A DNA stretch of 64,000 nt from Amphiscolops sp. MND2022 (lineage: Eukaryota). The notes beneath the pieces are model-generated. The model searched no databases. It had not been told where the DNA came from and saw only the letters and a list, made by a program, of their open reading frames with translations. Position numbers and translations under genes: made by a program. The stretch lies in contig OZ076409.1 of the NCBI GenBank assembly GCA_964187785.1, positions 16,122,001-16,186,000 of the forward strand, given 5' to 3'. Below are positions 1 through 12,175 of the stretch, in pieces. The stretch's first letter is position 1. The number at the start of each line of letters is the position of its first letter.

Positions 1-143
1 GACCCGGACAACTCGTTGGTCCGCCGACCCGGACGAATCGTTGGTGGACGACCCGGACTAGAAGAAGAAGACGACTCGCTGGTGGACAACTGAGAAGATT
101 GCCCAAGAAGAACAAGTGTCTGGATCTTGGAGTTGCTGATTTT

Positions 144-455
144 GTGTCTCTGGGAGATTGGGCTACTGTGTCTCTGGGAGATTGGGCTATTGTGTCTCTG
201 GGAGATTGGGCTACTGTGTCTCTGGGAGATTGGGCTATTGTGTCTCTGGGAGATTGGGCTACTGTGTCTCTGGGAGATTGGGCTATTGTGTCTCTGGGAG
301 ATTGGGCTACTGTGTCTTTGGGAAATTGGGCTATTGTGTCTCTGGGAGATTGGGCTACTGTGTCTCTGGGAGATTGGGCTATTGTGTCTCTGGGAGATTG
401 GGCTACTGTGTCTCTGGGAGATTGGGCTATTGTGTCTCTGGGAGTTTGGGCTATT
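144..455 (+). repeat. 24-bp tandem repeat (13 copies) in the 5' leader of the BEL/Pao element
   Basis: Unit GTGTCTCTGGGAGATTGGGCTA(C/T)T; the C and T variants alternate, giving a 48-bp higher-order period. Confidence 0.95.
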
Positions 456-492
456 GTGACTTTGGAACTAAACTCAATCGACAATAGAAGAG

Positions 493-3400
493 ATGGCAGA
501 ACCAAAACGGTTCGATATCAACAAAATTGAAAACTTTCTGAAGAACTCTGCTGACAAAGCCCAAACGTTGAGTTATTGGACTGCAGCTGTTGAACACGGT
601 AAGACTGTCAAAGAAATTGATGAGAACCTAGCTAGAAATGTTGACGACAAGCAGATAGCAGATTTACTGCTAAGACGAACAGATGCCATAAACAGGAGGG
701 ATCGGCTCATTAAGGCAGTCGAAAACGCGATCAAAGTCAAGTATCAACCGCAGATACCCGAAATCTTCTCAACAGTGAACAAAGAAATGCAGAGCCGATT
801 GGCTGAGTTGCAGCAGCAAAGCTCTAGCGTTGGAAGGGTACAAATGCTGATGTCAGCATTGCAAGACGAAAATCAGATACTAAATTACTTGGATCTTGAC
901 GAAAAGAAACGTGCTATTGATAGACTAATGGATAGCAACAAAAAGTTGCGGGAAGATTCAATCGCAAATGGCAAAATTGTCGACGAAGAAGATTATGCTG
1001 CAGCATGTCAAGAATTGCTGCAGAAACGGTCTGACATTAAAACGAAAATTGAAGATCTGCTGAAGACAGGAGAAGGAGGAGCCATTTTGCGAAGCCTTGA
1101 AGACGCAGAACAAAGACTAGCAGACGTTCGCGCAAGCGTAGCCGCAGACAAATCAAGAAAAAATGGCACTTCACCACAAAAGGAGCCGCAACCAGACGAT
1201 GAGCAAAAGGAACATGATGGTCACAACGCGGAAGACAGCCAAGAGCCAAGAAATGGAGCTAGATCATTGCCAATAGAAGAATTGAGCATACATTCGCGAA
1301 GTGAAAGAGCCAAAAGCAACAAGACGTCTGTGATTTCAAAAACATCAAGCGCAAGACGAGTTCTACACTTGGAGCTAAAAGCTCTGAAGGAGCAAGAAGA
1401 ACTGCAATCCCGCCTGGAGAAACTGGGAAGAGAAACAAAACAAAAGGAAATGGAAATAGCAGACTTGCAAGGTGAGGTCGCCCGCAAGGCCAGAATTGCA
1501 GAAAAGGAAATAGAACTGGCGAAATTTTCAAGTAGTTGTGGCACCAGCTTGCGAAGTATTTCACCAGTCGAGTCACCAGACGACAATCTGACGAAAGTCT
1601 CAGATTGGATGGACAAGACCGAAGAAGCTGAAAACGTGGCATCGCCGAATAACGTGCCATCTGTATACCAGCAAACGTCCGCCTCAGCACCAGTGATTAC
1701 AGTACGATCAACTCATGAAGGACAACGCTCCGGGCTAGTGGGGGACTTGAAACTCTCCGTGAAACCGACCATATCCACAGAAGCCGCTGTGCGAGGCATT
1801 GGAAAGGACAGAACAAAGACTGTCATAGATGTTATCAGTCAAAGAGCAACAGCACAACCAGAAGTGAAATTCGCCTCATCGAAGCCGTCGATGACTCTCA
1901 GTGCAGAACAGATTGGGTTACCGCCTACGTCAGGAGGCATCCCGAGTGGTGCATTTCAAGTGCCACAGCTTGAGAACACGCAGAAGCCGTATCTGCCTCG
2001 TCAAGGGCATAACATAGTGTCAAATGCGAGAGATGACTATTTCATCAGATCCAGCTTGCCAAAATTGAAGCTGGCAGAGTTTTCAGGTGACCCATTGGAG
2101 TGGCCAGAGTGGTCACAACTGTTTCAAGCAACCGTCCACGCAGCAAACATGGACGACAGTGTAAAGATGAATCACCTGAAAACAATGGTCACGGGCAAAG
2201 CCAAAGAGGCGATTGCTGGCCTTGGGTACACCGCGGAGATGTACAATGTGGCGTGGAACGTTCTAGTTCGAAACTTTGGAAAACCTCAAATGGTTGTGAA
2301 TGCTCAACTAAAGAGAATTTACTCCTTTCCACCGATGAAACCTTATGATGGAGCCGCATTGATCAAGTTTGCGAGAATAGTGTCGAGTTGCGTGAATGTT
2401 TTGACACAATTCAACTACGTGGGAGACCTAAACTCAGAAGGAGTTCTGGGCAGTGCCACAAGGAAGTTAACACTGGACATGAAAACGAAGTGGCTCACTT
2501 ATGTCAAGCAAATGAACCTGTGTCAACCTGGACTCGCTGTGTTCAGTGAATGGCTCAATGATATAGCAGATGTTCAAGACGAATTGCTTTTGTCTTCAAA
2601 CCCGAATGCTGATCGCGCGAAGTCAAACCACAAGGAAAAGGCCAAAGGCTCCACGTTTGCCACATCAACAACAAACACAACCAGTGACAACTCAAAATAC
2701 CAGCGAGAGTGTGCGCTGAAAGATGGCAAACATCCAATATGGAAATGTGAGAAGTTCAAGAAGATGAACGTCGAAGAAAGGGGACAAAAGGCGAAAGAGC
2801 TGAAATTGTGCTTCAAATGCTTGTCAGACGCACATCAGATGAGAAATTGCCTTGGTAGACTCTGCGATGTGAATGGTTGCGGAAAACCTCATCACAGATT
2901 GCTACACAGAACATACAAGAACGTGGAACAAAAGAAAAATGTTGAAAATGTCGATGAGGTCTCCAACCTGTCCTCAATGAGATGCAGTGGAGTGCTTCCA
3001 GTCATTCCAGTATTGATAGGGAGTGGGAGCAAAACTGTGAAAACGTTCGCTTTGTGCGACTCTGGAGCAAGCCTGTCCTTTGTGGACGACAGCCTGATGA
3101 AAGCGCTAAATCTGACGGGACAGCCAGTGGATTTGAATGTTGCAGGGATCCATGGAACGTCAGATATTAGTAGCAAACGACTTCGAGTCAGGATTGGAGA
3201 TCAGGACGGAAAAGTCGAAGAAGAAATCATGGCCTATAGTCATCCCGACGTAAATGCAGGAAATCGAACGTACAACCTCAAGAAATTGAAGGAAGAATAT
3301 CCACACCTGTCAGTGCTGAAAGATTCTACCATCAACCTGAAAGATGTGAAAGTCATCTTGGGCCAAGATTGCTACCACTTGCATAGAGCAATCGACTATA

Positions 3401-3900
3401 GAAAGTGTGGAAACGCCAAGCCCTGGGCAGTGCGAACGAAGCTGGGATGGATGCTCAGTGGACCATTGCCTCAGCAAGAGACAGCAAAGCTCGCAACTGA
3501 AAGTCTAGTTGCAGCAGAAGTGGACCCGTTAGCGGATCAAGTGAAGTCTTGGTGGAGCATGGAATCGTATGCTTCCAATTGCAGCGTATCCGGAAGGTCC
3601 AAGGAAGACGAGCGAGCCCTCGAAATGCTCAAAGCGACCACGAAGTTCGACGGAAAGAAATACGAGGTCGGGCTACTTTGGAAAAATGCAAAGCCGCATT
3701 TGCCAAACAATTACAGTTCGGCAGTAAGTCAATTGAAGTCTCTCGAGCTCCGACTGGAAAAGGATGCGAACTTGAAACAACGCTACAAAGAGACAATTGA
3801 TGTGGACGTACAAAAGGGCTTTGTGCGAGTTTGGACGAAGCAGAGCTTGAAAACACTAATTCAGACCTTCAGTGGTATGTTCCGCATCTCCCTGTGCTGA
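493..3900 (+). CDS. BEL/Pao Gag + aspartic protease (N-terminal part of the polyprotein)
   Basis: LPKLKLAEFSGDPLEWPEW (DUF1759-like); Cys/His knuckles including CFKCLSDAHQMRNC; protease motif ALCDSGAS. Confidence 0.92.
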   Translation: MAEPKRFDINKIENFLKNSADKAQTLSYWTAAVEHGKTVKEIDENLARNVDDKQIADLLLRRTDAINRRDRLIKAVENAIKVKYQPQIPEIFSTVNKEMQSRLAELQQQSSSVGRVQMLMSALQDENQILNYLDLDEKKRAIDRLMDSNKKLREDSIANGKIVDEEDYAAACQELLQKRSDIKTKIEDLLKTGEGGAILRSLEDAEQRLADVRASVAADKSRKNGTSPQKEPQPDDEQKEHDGHNAEDSQEPRNGARSLPIEELSIHSRSERAKSNKTSVISKTSSARRVLHLELKALKEQEELQSRLEKLGRETKQKEMEIADLQGEVARKARIAEKEIELAKFSSSCGTSLRSISPVESPDDNLTKVSDWMDKTEEAENVASPNNVPSVYQQTSASAPVITVRSTHEGQRSGLVGDLKLSVKPTISTEAAVRGIGKDRTKTVIDVISQRATAQPEVKFASSKPSMTLSAEQIGLPPTSGGIPSGAFQVPQLENTQKPYLPRQGHNIVSNARDDYFIRSSLPKLKLAEFSGDPLEWPEWSQLFQATVHAANMDDSVKMNHLKTMVTGKAKEAIAGLGYTAEMYNVAWNVLVRNFGKPQMVVNAQLKRIYSFPPMKPYDGAALIKFARIVSSCVNVLTQFNYVGDLNSEGVLGSATRKLTLDMKTKWLTYVKQMNLCQPGLAVFSEWLNDIADVQDELLLSSNPNADRAKSNHKEKAKGSTFATSTTNTTSDNSKYQRECALKDGKHPIWKCEKFKKMNVEERGQKAKELKLCFKCLSDAHQMRNCLGRLCDVNGCGKPHHRLLHRTYKNVEQKKNVENVDEVSNLSSMRCSGVLPVIPVLIGSGSKTVKTFALCDSGASLSFVDDSLMKALNLTGQPVDLNVAGIHGTSDISSKRLRVRIGDQDGKVEEEIMAYSHPDVNAGNRTYNLKKLKEEYPHLSVLKDSTINLKDVKVILGQDCYHLHRAIDYRKCGNAKPWAVRTKLGWMLSGPLPQQETAKLATESLVAAEVDPLADQVKSWWSMESYASNCSVSGRSKEDERALEMLKATTKFDGKKYEVGLLWKNAKPHLPNNYSSAVSQLKSLELRLEKDANLKQRYKETIDVDVQKGFVRVWTKQSLKTLIQTFSGMFRISLC

Positions 3901-6884
3901 ACCCGAACAAGCCGGACAAAGTGAGACGAGTGTGCAACGCTGCCTCAAAGTTCGGAGGTGTTTCGCTGAATGATAACTTGATGGCCGGTCCAGACCTCCT
4001 ACAATCGCTGATAGGAATTATCTTCAGATTCAGGGAAAAGGAAATCGCCCTGACAGCAGACGTCGAAGCAATGTTTCTCCAAGTGAAAGTACCCCCTACT
4101 GATTGCAGAGTACTGAGATTTTTGTGGAGAGAAAACCACACTGACCCTATCTCTGTGTATGAATATGGAAGACACATTTTTGGAGCTAAGAGTTCGCCAA
4201 CATGTGTCAACTACGCTTTGCAACAAGTCGGACGAGACAGCAGAGATGACAATGGGATGGTTGCAAAGTTGATCAACAGAAACTTCTATATGGACGATTT
4301 TGTGAAGTCAGTAGCTTCGAGGGAAGAAGCTGTGGAAGCGTATAAGTGCTTGCGAAAATCCTTAGCGGATCGTGGCTTTCAACTAACGAAATGGATCTGC
4401 AACTCAGAGAAAGTAATGGAAGAAATTCCTTCTGAAGATAGATCAGACGCGCTAAGTAAAACATTCGAAGCTGAACCCTTGGCACCCTCTATCTTGGGAC
4501 TCCAGTGGAATGTGGAGTCAGACAGTCTTGAGATTTGCCGCGGTACGGGAAAAGAGGTGCCTGTCAAGATCACTCAGAGAATTGTTCTATCTCACGTATC
4601 CTCTGTGTTTGACCCGTTGGGATTGTTTTCCCCCTTCACAGTGAGAATGAGATTGTTGCTCAAAGGAATTTGGAAGAAGCATGGGCAATCGTGGGACGAA
4701 CAAGTTTCTCCAGAAGACGAGAGGGCTTTCAAGGATTGGGCATCGGAGTTGAGTCACATGAATGAAATGGCTATCAAAAGAAAATATCTATCGAAAAATG
4801 CTGAAGTAGTGGACTTGCATATTTTCGCCGATGCATCCCTGGAAGCCATGTGCATAGTTGCCTACTTTCGAGATCAACAAACTGGAGAGCTTGCCTATGT
4901 GTTAGGGAAATGCCGAGTAGCGCCAATGAAGCAACAATCAATTCCCCGACTAGAGCTACAAGCAGCTAGGTATGGAACCCGATTAAAACAACTGATCGTA
5001 GACGAACACGACATTCAAGTTGAACGAACTTTCTTTTGGACGGATTCGACAACCGTTTTGCAATGGTTGCATGGAGCTGACAAGAAACAACCGGTGTTTG
5101 TAGCGAATGGAGTCGCTGAAATCCTTGACAGTTCAACTATTGATCAGTGGAGACATGTCGAAGGAATCTTAAACCCTGCCGACATCGGAACAAGAGGAAA
5201 ATCTGTCCATGAATTAGAAAAGAGCGAGTGGTTCACAGGGCCGGCATGGCTTCGAGAGAAAGAAGATGCTTGGCCACAAACCTCACCACAGTTGTTTCAG
5301 CAGAAAACAGAAGACATAGAGCAAGTCTTTGAAGTCGTGCCAGAAGAAAAGAACATTGATTGGGAGAAGTTCGGTTCTTTCAGAAGAATGACCCGGATCT
5401 TCGCCTATTGCCTTCGGTTCAAATCAAAAATCAAAGGAAAGGTGGTGATAACAGAAGAAATGCAGCAAGTGATCCGACTGTTACTGCGGAAGAGCCAGAT
5501 GGAAAGTTTTGGTCCAACATATCAAGCATTGGCCGCAGGTAAACCAATAACTGCATCTGATCACTTGAACAAACTATCACCATTTATGGACGAACAGAAC
5601 CTCATGCGATTAAGAGGACGACTGCGTCACGCTGATGCGAGTTATGAAAGGAAACATCCAATTTTGCTATCTGCGAAGCATCCAATAGTGAGAAAATTGA
5701 TTGAAGATGCGCATGAAAATAACTATCACGAAGGAACAGAGTATGTTCGCAGTATTTTGCAGCAAAATTACTGGATAATTGGACTCCGAAACGCGCTCAG
5801 AAATGTGAAATTGAAGTGTGTTAAGTGCAGAAAGCAACAAGTTGGAGGAGTTCAACCTTTCATGGCAGACCTACCTAAAGAAAGATTGGAAGAAAGAGTT
5901 TTCCCTTTTGCCAATACTGGAGTAGACTATTTTGGACCATTCGAAGTGAAATTCATGAGGAAATCAATGGAACGATGGTGTTGTCTATTCACATGTTTAA
6001 CAACAAGAGCTGTGCATATTGAAGTCGTGCCCAGCCTGGAAGCCGACGCATGTCTTGCTGCAATTACGAGATTCATGGCACGAAGAGGAAAACCCAACGT
6101 CATTCTAAGTGACAATGGAACAAATTTCGTGGGCGCAGCAAGAGAAATGCGAGAATGGATAGAAGCTTGGAATCAATCAGATATTGAGCAGTCTTTGGCT
6201 CTAAAGCAAATAAAATGGAAGTTCAACCCCCCAGGTGCGCCGCATTTTGGAGGTGTTTGGGAGCGAATGGTTAGAAGCTGTGAGAAAACTATGATGGCAA
6301 TAGTCGGAAACAGAACACTGACAGATGATGTATTATTCACAACAATGTGCCTGGTCGAGCAGATATTGAATTCGAGACCTCTGACTAGTGTCAGTGATGA
6401 TCCTGAAGATTTGGAAGCTTTGACTCCAAACCACTTCCTGCTAGGACGCGCAAGTCCAGCAACCCCATTTATTCCTGACGCTCAGCGATATACAGATCTG
6501 AGAAGAGTATTCAGAGTATCACAAGCATACGCAGATATGATCTGGAGCAGATGGAATAGAGAATATTTACCCCAATGGAACGAGAGATCTAAATGGAATA
6601 AAGAAGAAGTTAGACAACTTGAAGTCAATGATTTGGTTTGGATAGTGGATGAGAATGTGAAAAGAGCACACTACAAGATGGGCAGAGTGTTGGAAGTCTA
6701 TCATGGAAGCGATGGGCGAGTGAGATCAGCGCTGGTGAAAACGGAAGATGGAAAACTCAAAAGACCAGTAGTGAAACTGGCACCCATGTTCTACGAAAGT
6801 GTTTTTCGGGAGAAAAACATGGCCGGCAATGTTGGCGCCAGTCATCAGAAAGCAGAGAAAGTCGATTTGGAACATGCTGGTTGA
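3831..6884 (+). CDS. BEL/Pao Pol (RT, RNase H, integrase), frameshifted from Gag-PR at ~3830
   Basis: RT NFYMDD; RNase H HIFADAS, IPRLEL, FWTDS; integrase HHCC, GVDYFGP, SDNGTNF, GGVWERMV. Confidence 0.95.
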   Translation: MDEAELENTNSDLQWYVPHLPVLNPNKPDKVRRVCNAASKFGGVSLNDNLMAGPDLLQSLIGIIFRFREKEIALTADVEAMFLQVKVPPTDCRVLRFLWRENHTDPISVYEYGRHIFGAKSSPTCVNYALQQVGRDSRDDNGMVAKLINRNFYMDDFVKSVASREEAVEAYKCLRKSLADRGFQLTKWICNSEKVMEEIPSEDRSDALSKTFEAEPLAPSILGLQWNVESDSLEICRGTGKEVPVKITQRIVLSHVSSVFDPLGLFSPFTVRMRLLLKGIWKKHGQSWDEQVSPEDERAFKDWASELSHMNEMAIKRKYLSKNAEVVDLHIFADASLEAMCIVAYFRDQQTGELAYVLGKCRVAPMKQQSIPRLELQAARYGTRLKQLIVDEHDIQVERTFFWTDSTTVLQWLHGADKKQPVFVANGVAEILDSSTIDQWRHVEGILNPADIGTRGKSVHELEKSEWFTGPAWLREKEDAWPQTSPQLFQQKTEDIEQVFEVVPEEKNIDWEKFGSFRRMTRIFAYCLRFKSKIKGKVVITEEMQQVIRLLLRKSQMESFGPTYQALAAGKPITASDHLNKLSPFMDEQNLMRLRGRLRHADASYERKHPILLSAKHPIVRKLIEDAHENNYHEGTEYVRSILQQNYWIIGLRNALRNVKLKCVKCRKQQVGGVQPFMADLPKERLEERVFPFANTGVDYFGPFEVKFMRKSMERWCCLFTCLTTRAVHIEVVPSLEADACLAAITRFMARRGKPNVILSDNGTNFVGAAREMREWIEAWNQSDIEQSLALKQIKWKFNPPGAPHFGGVWERMVRSCEKTMMAIVGNRTLTDDVLFTTMCLVEQILNSRPLTSVSDDPEDLEALTPNHFLLGRASPATPFIPDAQRYTDLRRVFRVSQAYADMIWSRWNREYLPQWNERSKWNKEEVRQLEVNDLVWIVDENVKRAHYKMGRVLEVYHGSDGRVRSALVKTEDGKLKRPVVKLAPMFYESVFREKNMAGNVGASHQKAEKVDLEHAG

Positions 6885-8892
6885 GAAACAAGAACTTAAA
6901 ACTCTTCGAAACTTAGATGAAAATTTGAACGAAAACCTCACCATGCTAAATCGAAAACCCCCCCCAGTCGGGATTTTCTCTACAACTATTAACCATAGAG
7001 ACTTGAAACTTGGTACACATATGCAAGTACATAATACGGACACACCGGCTAAGTTTCAAGGTCATTCCCCCATTATAACCCCCGTTACCCCTCACATGTG
7101 TAGTATTCAAGGTCATTGAGACAAAAATGTAAACATTGCTATTTACCCTTCTGACCACATTAGAATGCAGCTCTGTTGACATTGATGATATTTACATAGT
7201 GTAAACATGCTTCTGAGCCCACCTGACCAACATGCCAAAACCACCACATTCTCTGTTTACATAGCCAATAACTTTAATAATTCACTTAGATGTCATTTAT
7301 TTATACAACATATTTCAACTTATATTTGCTTATATTTACTGTAGAATTGTAAACCACATTTATACCATTATTAGATAGAGATTTTCTCCACTGAATAGCT
7401 ATAGAATAGTTGGGTCTTAGGACCAAGAGACTAATTAATCAACTTCTCAATCTTCACAACTTTTCGCTAGAGTCAGAGCGACTAAGTAGCTACTCTCATA
7501 GTTGGAGAGCCGGAGCGCGTGAAGATACTGTGAGGGAAGTGTGTGCAGGATCACATCGGATCCAATTCAGTGCAAAGAGGAATCGCAGGAGATTCCACGG
7601 GTCACATCGGACCCGCCAGCCAAAAGATACAGTCCTTTAAACAAGAAAACCAGGATTTGTTTAGTGACGGTCCACAGCACTAAGCAACGGATCAGGGCGG
7701 CGTAAAGCTTGTCAAGCCTCAGCGCAGGATAAGGGCAAGCAGCCGTTACAGTACTATAGTACTATACTTGTTAACATAGAAGAAAAAGTTGTACTTCAAA
7801 ATTTTGGTATAAATGAAATTAAGAATTTGTCCAGAAAAAGTGCAAGACCGGCAATGATAGCAACAAAGAACCAAAAGCAGACAATGAGTTTGACTACCAT
7901 GTCTACTGAAGGCGGCATGTACAATAAAGTTCTATAAAATGTGTCAAAGAAGTTGTACAAAAATTTGTTGTATATAGGTGTATGAAAAAATGAAAGTTAT
8001 GTAAAGAAATATGTGATATATGTTATATATTTAGATTGTTATGTATTATATATTTTAATTGTTATATATTTGGATCCGTAAGAGAGTTTTAAAGGAGTTT
8101 TGTATGTTGTTTGTAGTAGAGTAGAGAGAATAAGAAAAGTATTATAATTATGTTTTGTAGAAAATATGTGTTATATAGGTGTGCCAACTTTAAAGTTGAT
8201 CCAAGCGGCTAGAACTAAAGAGATTTCTACTAGCAGGAATCGCTGGATAGCACTGTAGAAGGGCCAACACGTATCGCACGTCTGCGGTTGGAACGGAAGA
8301 AAGAGAAAAGAAGAAAGCCAACACGAATTCACTCAGAGGTGGTTGGAACGAAAAATTTAACTGACAGGAATTACAAGAAGAAACGTAGTCAGAACCAAGA
8401 AGTATGACTGACAGGAATTACGTTGAGGAACGCAGTCAGAACCATAGCAACACGGATCAATTTCAAGTAAAAATTGGTTGCAACGTTGAATTTAATAACG
8501 GTAGGCAATATTGAGAGGTGGAGAAACTGTGTGTCGAACAAAGAGATATCGAATGAGAAAGTCGAGGAAAGATGTACAACAATTGTAGATGTGTGAAATA
8601 AATGGGAGAGAAAGAAGAATTTTCGTGGTCGCACCAATTGAGCTGTTAAAAAGTTTGGTGGTTGTTTCTTTTAGAAATATTAGTACTGACATAAGAAGTC
8701 TAAGATTTTAACAGCAGTGTCGTCTTATCCTATGCTTGGTAGCTAGCTAGTTCTGAGTACAATCTATTTCTGAGATCTCAGTTCTTGGAGTGTTGGAAGA
8801 AGACTGATCGTCAGGAAGAATTCTCAATTTCTCCAAGTAGATATATTCTATTAACTAGGGTAGGTTTCATCAATTACAATGTGACAGCAACA
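6830..8892 (+). repeat. Putative ~2.06-kb 3' LTR of the BEL element
   Basis: Starts TGTTG (6830) right after a purine-rich stretch at the pol 3' end and ends CAACA (8892), an inverted TG..CA pair; no second LTR in the window to confirm. Confidence 0.55.
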
Positions 8893-9599
8893 GGATGAAT
8901 TGGGGAAGCTTGGTACAGGATATATTAAATGAAGTTTCTTCTAGAATAATTGGTTTCTAGATTCAATTAGATTTACTAATTTCTTTTGTTAAGAGTCAGA
9001 ATATTTCAGATTTATAAAATCGTTGAGGACATGCATCATGGCATCACAAGACGACGTTTCGACGAGAAAGACGTTTCGACGACAGTGTTGTTGCGAAACG
9101 TCCGCCGCCATATTGTCGCCGAAACGTCCGGATTCGATTGGTAATAATTGGCAATTGTTCATTGGCTGAGAGACCAATGATCATTTAATCGTTCTATGAA
9201 AATCCAGAACCAATTGTAACATCCAAATCATTTATGGGTGCCTCTCTAATCCTTAAAGCCTAACATAACTTTATTCAATCATCAATGCTTTTTATGACGT
9301 TTCATACGAAAAATATCCCGCAAATTGAGGATTTTATAACAAATTGCTCGTTAACTCTGTTGTTTGCTGCCGATGAAAGGTTAAAACACACATCGGTACT
9401 GTGCATCCCCAGGCGGCAACCCACACAGTGGAGTCTACCATCTTTGATACCCTTGCAGGTTTTGCAATTCGCAATTTCAAATATGAAATTGGGTTGGTAA
9501 CTTTCATCTACCGTGCGAAAAACATCTGAGGACTGTTATGCATCCTCGTAGTATTAGCCACTTCGGTACCTTGCCTTTATTGGTATGAATGTCTCAGTT

Positions 9600-11740
9600 C
9601 ACTCTCAAAAGATCTTCGACAAGTCAAAAAAAAGCTGGAACTGCGCGAAAACGACAGCCACTGGGCTCAGTATATGAGACTTAAAGAACTCTTCAAAGTG
9701 GACCTTAACCGCTCACTCAACACCTTGCTACAAGACAACTTAAAAACGCTGAACAATACAACAGGGCCAGACTTCTGGAAGAAATACCAACGATTCATTG
9801 TGGAGAGAAATAAAACAACTTTAGGGGTTCTTAAAAACGATGAAGGAAAACTTGTCTCTTTCGCAAAAGAAGGAATGGAATCTATAAAAAGATATTTCTT
9901 CACCAGGGAGCACCTTATAAGCCAGAATTTCAGTGATACCGATCGACTGCAAGCTGTGATCATCAAAACTAAACTTCTCAGCAAAGACGCACTAGATGAA
10001 AAAAGCTGCTTTCTCAAGGAACCCCAAAAAATAGCAAAAAAGATTATCTAGAGGCAAAAAGTTTCCGGCCAATAACACTATTAAGTGTCATCGGAAAGCT
10101 TTTGAATCAATTATCACAACTAGAATTACCTGGATACTAACTAGAAATACTGCTCTTGATGACAATCAGGAAGGTTTTCGAAGCGGACGAGAAACATCGC
10201 GAATGCTGTACAAAATTTTCAGCGACATCAGTGGTATCAACTAACAAACACGCCGAGCTGTCCTAGTTGGGATTGACTTTGAAAAAGTCTTTGACAGTGT
10301 TTACGTGAACCTGGGGACTATTAAACTTATAAACGTTGGAGTTGTCGGAAAACTTGCCCGACTTATTCATGATTATCTTTCCTCCCGGGTTATCCGTATT
10401 CAAACCGATGACACCGTATCGCCGCAGTTTAATTGTGAACTTGGCCTCCCGCAAGCAAGTATTCTATCCCCACTACTCTTTATCATTGTTAGAATCGATA
10501 TAGTTAGCGACCCCACACTTACCCACTACATATTTGCCGATGACACTACACTCTTAGTCGAGTCCAATACAGCATCAGATTCGCTTCTGAAAGCGTCTGA
10601 ACCCATCAAACAGGTCACGAAATGGTGCTTCCGGAATAGAATTATGATCAACGTCTCCAAAAGAAAAATTGGAACAAGCTCAAAATTTCACCCATCATCT
10701 GCTTCTTCCCATCAACTTCTCCAAAGAGAAATTGGAACAAGCTCAAAATTTCACCCACAAGGGCACGAAGGTAGTCAAAGAAAGACTGGCTGTCACGGGA
10801 ATAGAAATTGGCGCTGTCAACGAAACCATCATGACCGCAACAAGAAAAAGCTTGCTGAATGAGCCAAACTCAAGCAATTTTGTCAGATAACAAACTGTTT
10901 GAATTGCAAAACAACCAATAAACTATACAGATGCGTTATCCAACCAAAAGTCTTTTACGGTCTTCCGGCCTCGAATAATGAAAACCTCAGTAAAATTAGG
11001 GAATTACAAAACACTGTCGTTCACACAGCCACCGGAGGCTACAGCAAAACAGCTGTCAGGATTCTGGAACTGATGACAGTGGTCAAACCTGTAGACATCC
11101 AAATTCAAATAAATACTGACAATCAACTTCTTTCGAAAGTTCTCAGCACAAATGACTACATGACAAAATACATTCTTGAAAATGCTGACACAAACCCGAA
11201 AGTTAGACGCGACATTAAGATCCTTAAATGTTTTTGGCATGGAATTTCAACTCAAGAACAAATTGACATAAATGAATTGACAGCCTACACCCTTACATAC
11301 TACCTTGCTGAAATGGGAAATTATGAATTAGGACTTTGGCAGATACACTGGAGCCACTAATGCGAGACCCCTCCAGTTCCACTCAACCACAAAATTCAAA
11401 TGCAGTTCAGATTTTCTCGGAAAGAAGAAGTAGACACCTTCAGACTAATATCAGGCCACTGCAAATTAAACGGGTTTCTCTACAAAATCTGGCAAGCACC
11501 CTCTCCAAGATGCTCTTTTGGCTTTATTGAAGAAACAGTGGAACATTTCCTACTCTTCTGCAACTTGTTCAATGAGACTAGAGAAAAATGGCAAATTCTA
11601 AGCTCCCTGTCGGAAGCTCTCCAAAACAAAAACTTGACTGATTTTATCAAAGAAACAGAAAGGTTTAATTGAGCTCATCAGAACTTGCGTCATCTCATCT
11701 TGTTTGAACAACTAAGATTGGTAACTGCTCGAAAAAAAGA
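9600..11740 (+). pseudogene. Decayed non-LTR retrotransposon ORF2 with C-terminal CCHC knuckle (I/R1/Tad1-like group)
   Basis: RT remnants GIDFEKVFDSV, GLPQASILSPLLF, IFADDTT; C-terminal GHCKLN...C..EETVEHFLLFC; short A tail at ~11732; many stops and frameshifts. Confidence 0.85.
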
Positions 11741-12175
11741 GCTATTAGAATTATATACCTCCTCTTTCACGAATCGAAAATATGTTTTTTAAAGTTAAAG
11801 TTTAAAATTCAGTGTAAAATTTTAGTTCAAAGAATTAAATTAAATTTAGTCTTTTGTTAGGTTTTTTGAACTCGATTTTCCAGGCAGCGACGCAATGATC
11901 TACTGAAATCTTTTCACGGTAAAGTTTTTGTCGAAAGCTGAGTCTAACCACTTCCCGGAAGTGGGCACAAACTACGATCTAAGGAATAAGATTGAAACGC
12001 ACTTCTGTAACTATGATCTATAGAACTGAGATCCAAATGTCATTTTCCGTAACCAAGATCTAGAGAATACCAGCTCCCGAATAGTAACTAAAGCTTAAGT
12101 TTTGGACGTCATTCCTGATTTTTAGATGTTATTCCCGATTTGGAATTGATTTGAAGTGTAAAACGTGCATCGGAT

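Larger units (their letters stand above)
1..8892 (+). mobile_element. BEL/Pao LTR retrotransposon (5' LTR outside the window)
   Basis: Gag-PR-RT-RNaseH-IN domain order with BEL-type Gag and CCHC knuckles; putative 3' LTR follows pol. Confidence 0.93.

Noticed and set aside
144..455. CRISPR-like appearance of this array and those at 31199 and 40696
   Set aside because: Head-to-tail units with no unique spacers, no cas genes, eukaryotic context
99..530. Three overlapping repeat ORFs (VSLGDWAT, LLCLWEIG, YCVSGRLG)
   Set aside because: By-products of a stop-free 24-bp array with non-ATG starts; no evidence of coding
10666..10760. ~29-bp direct repeat spaced 63 bp apart in the LINE
   Set aside because: Local duplication in a dead element
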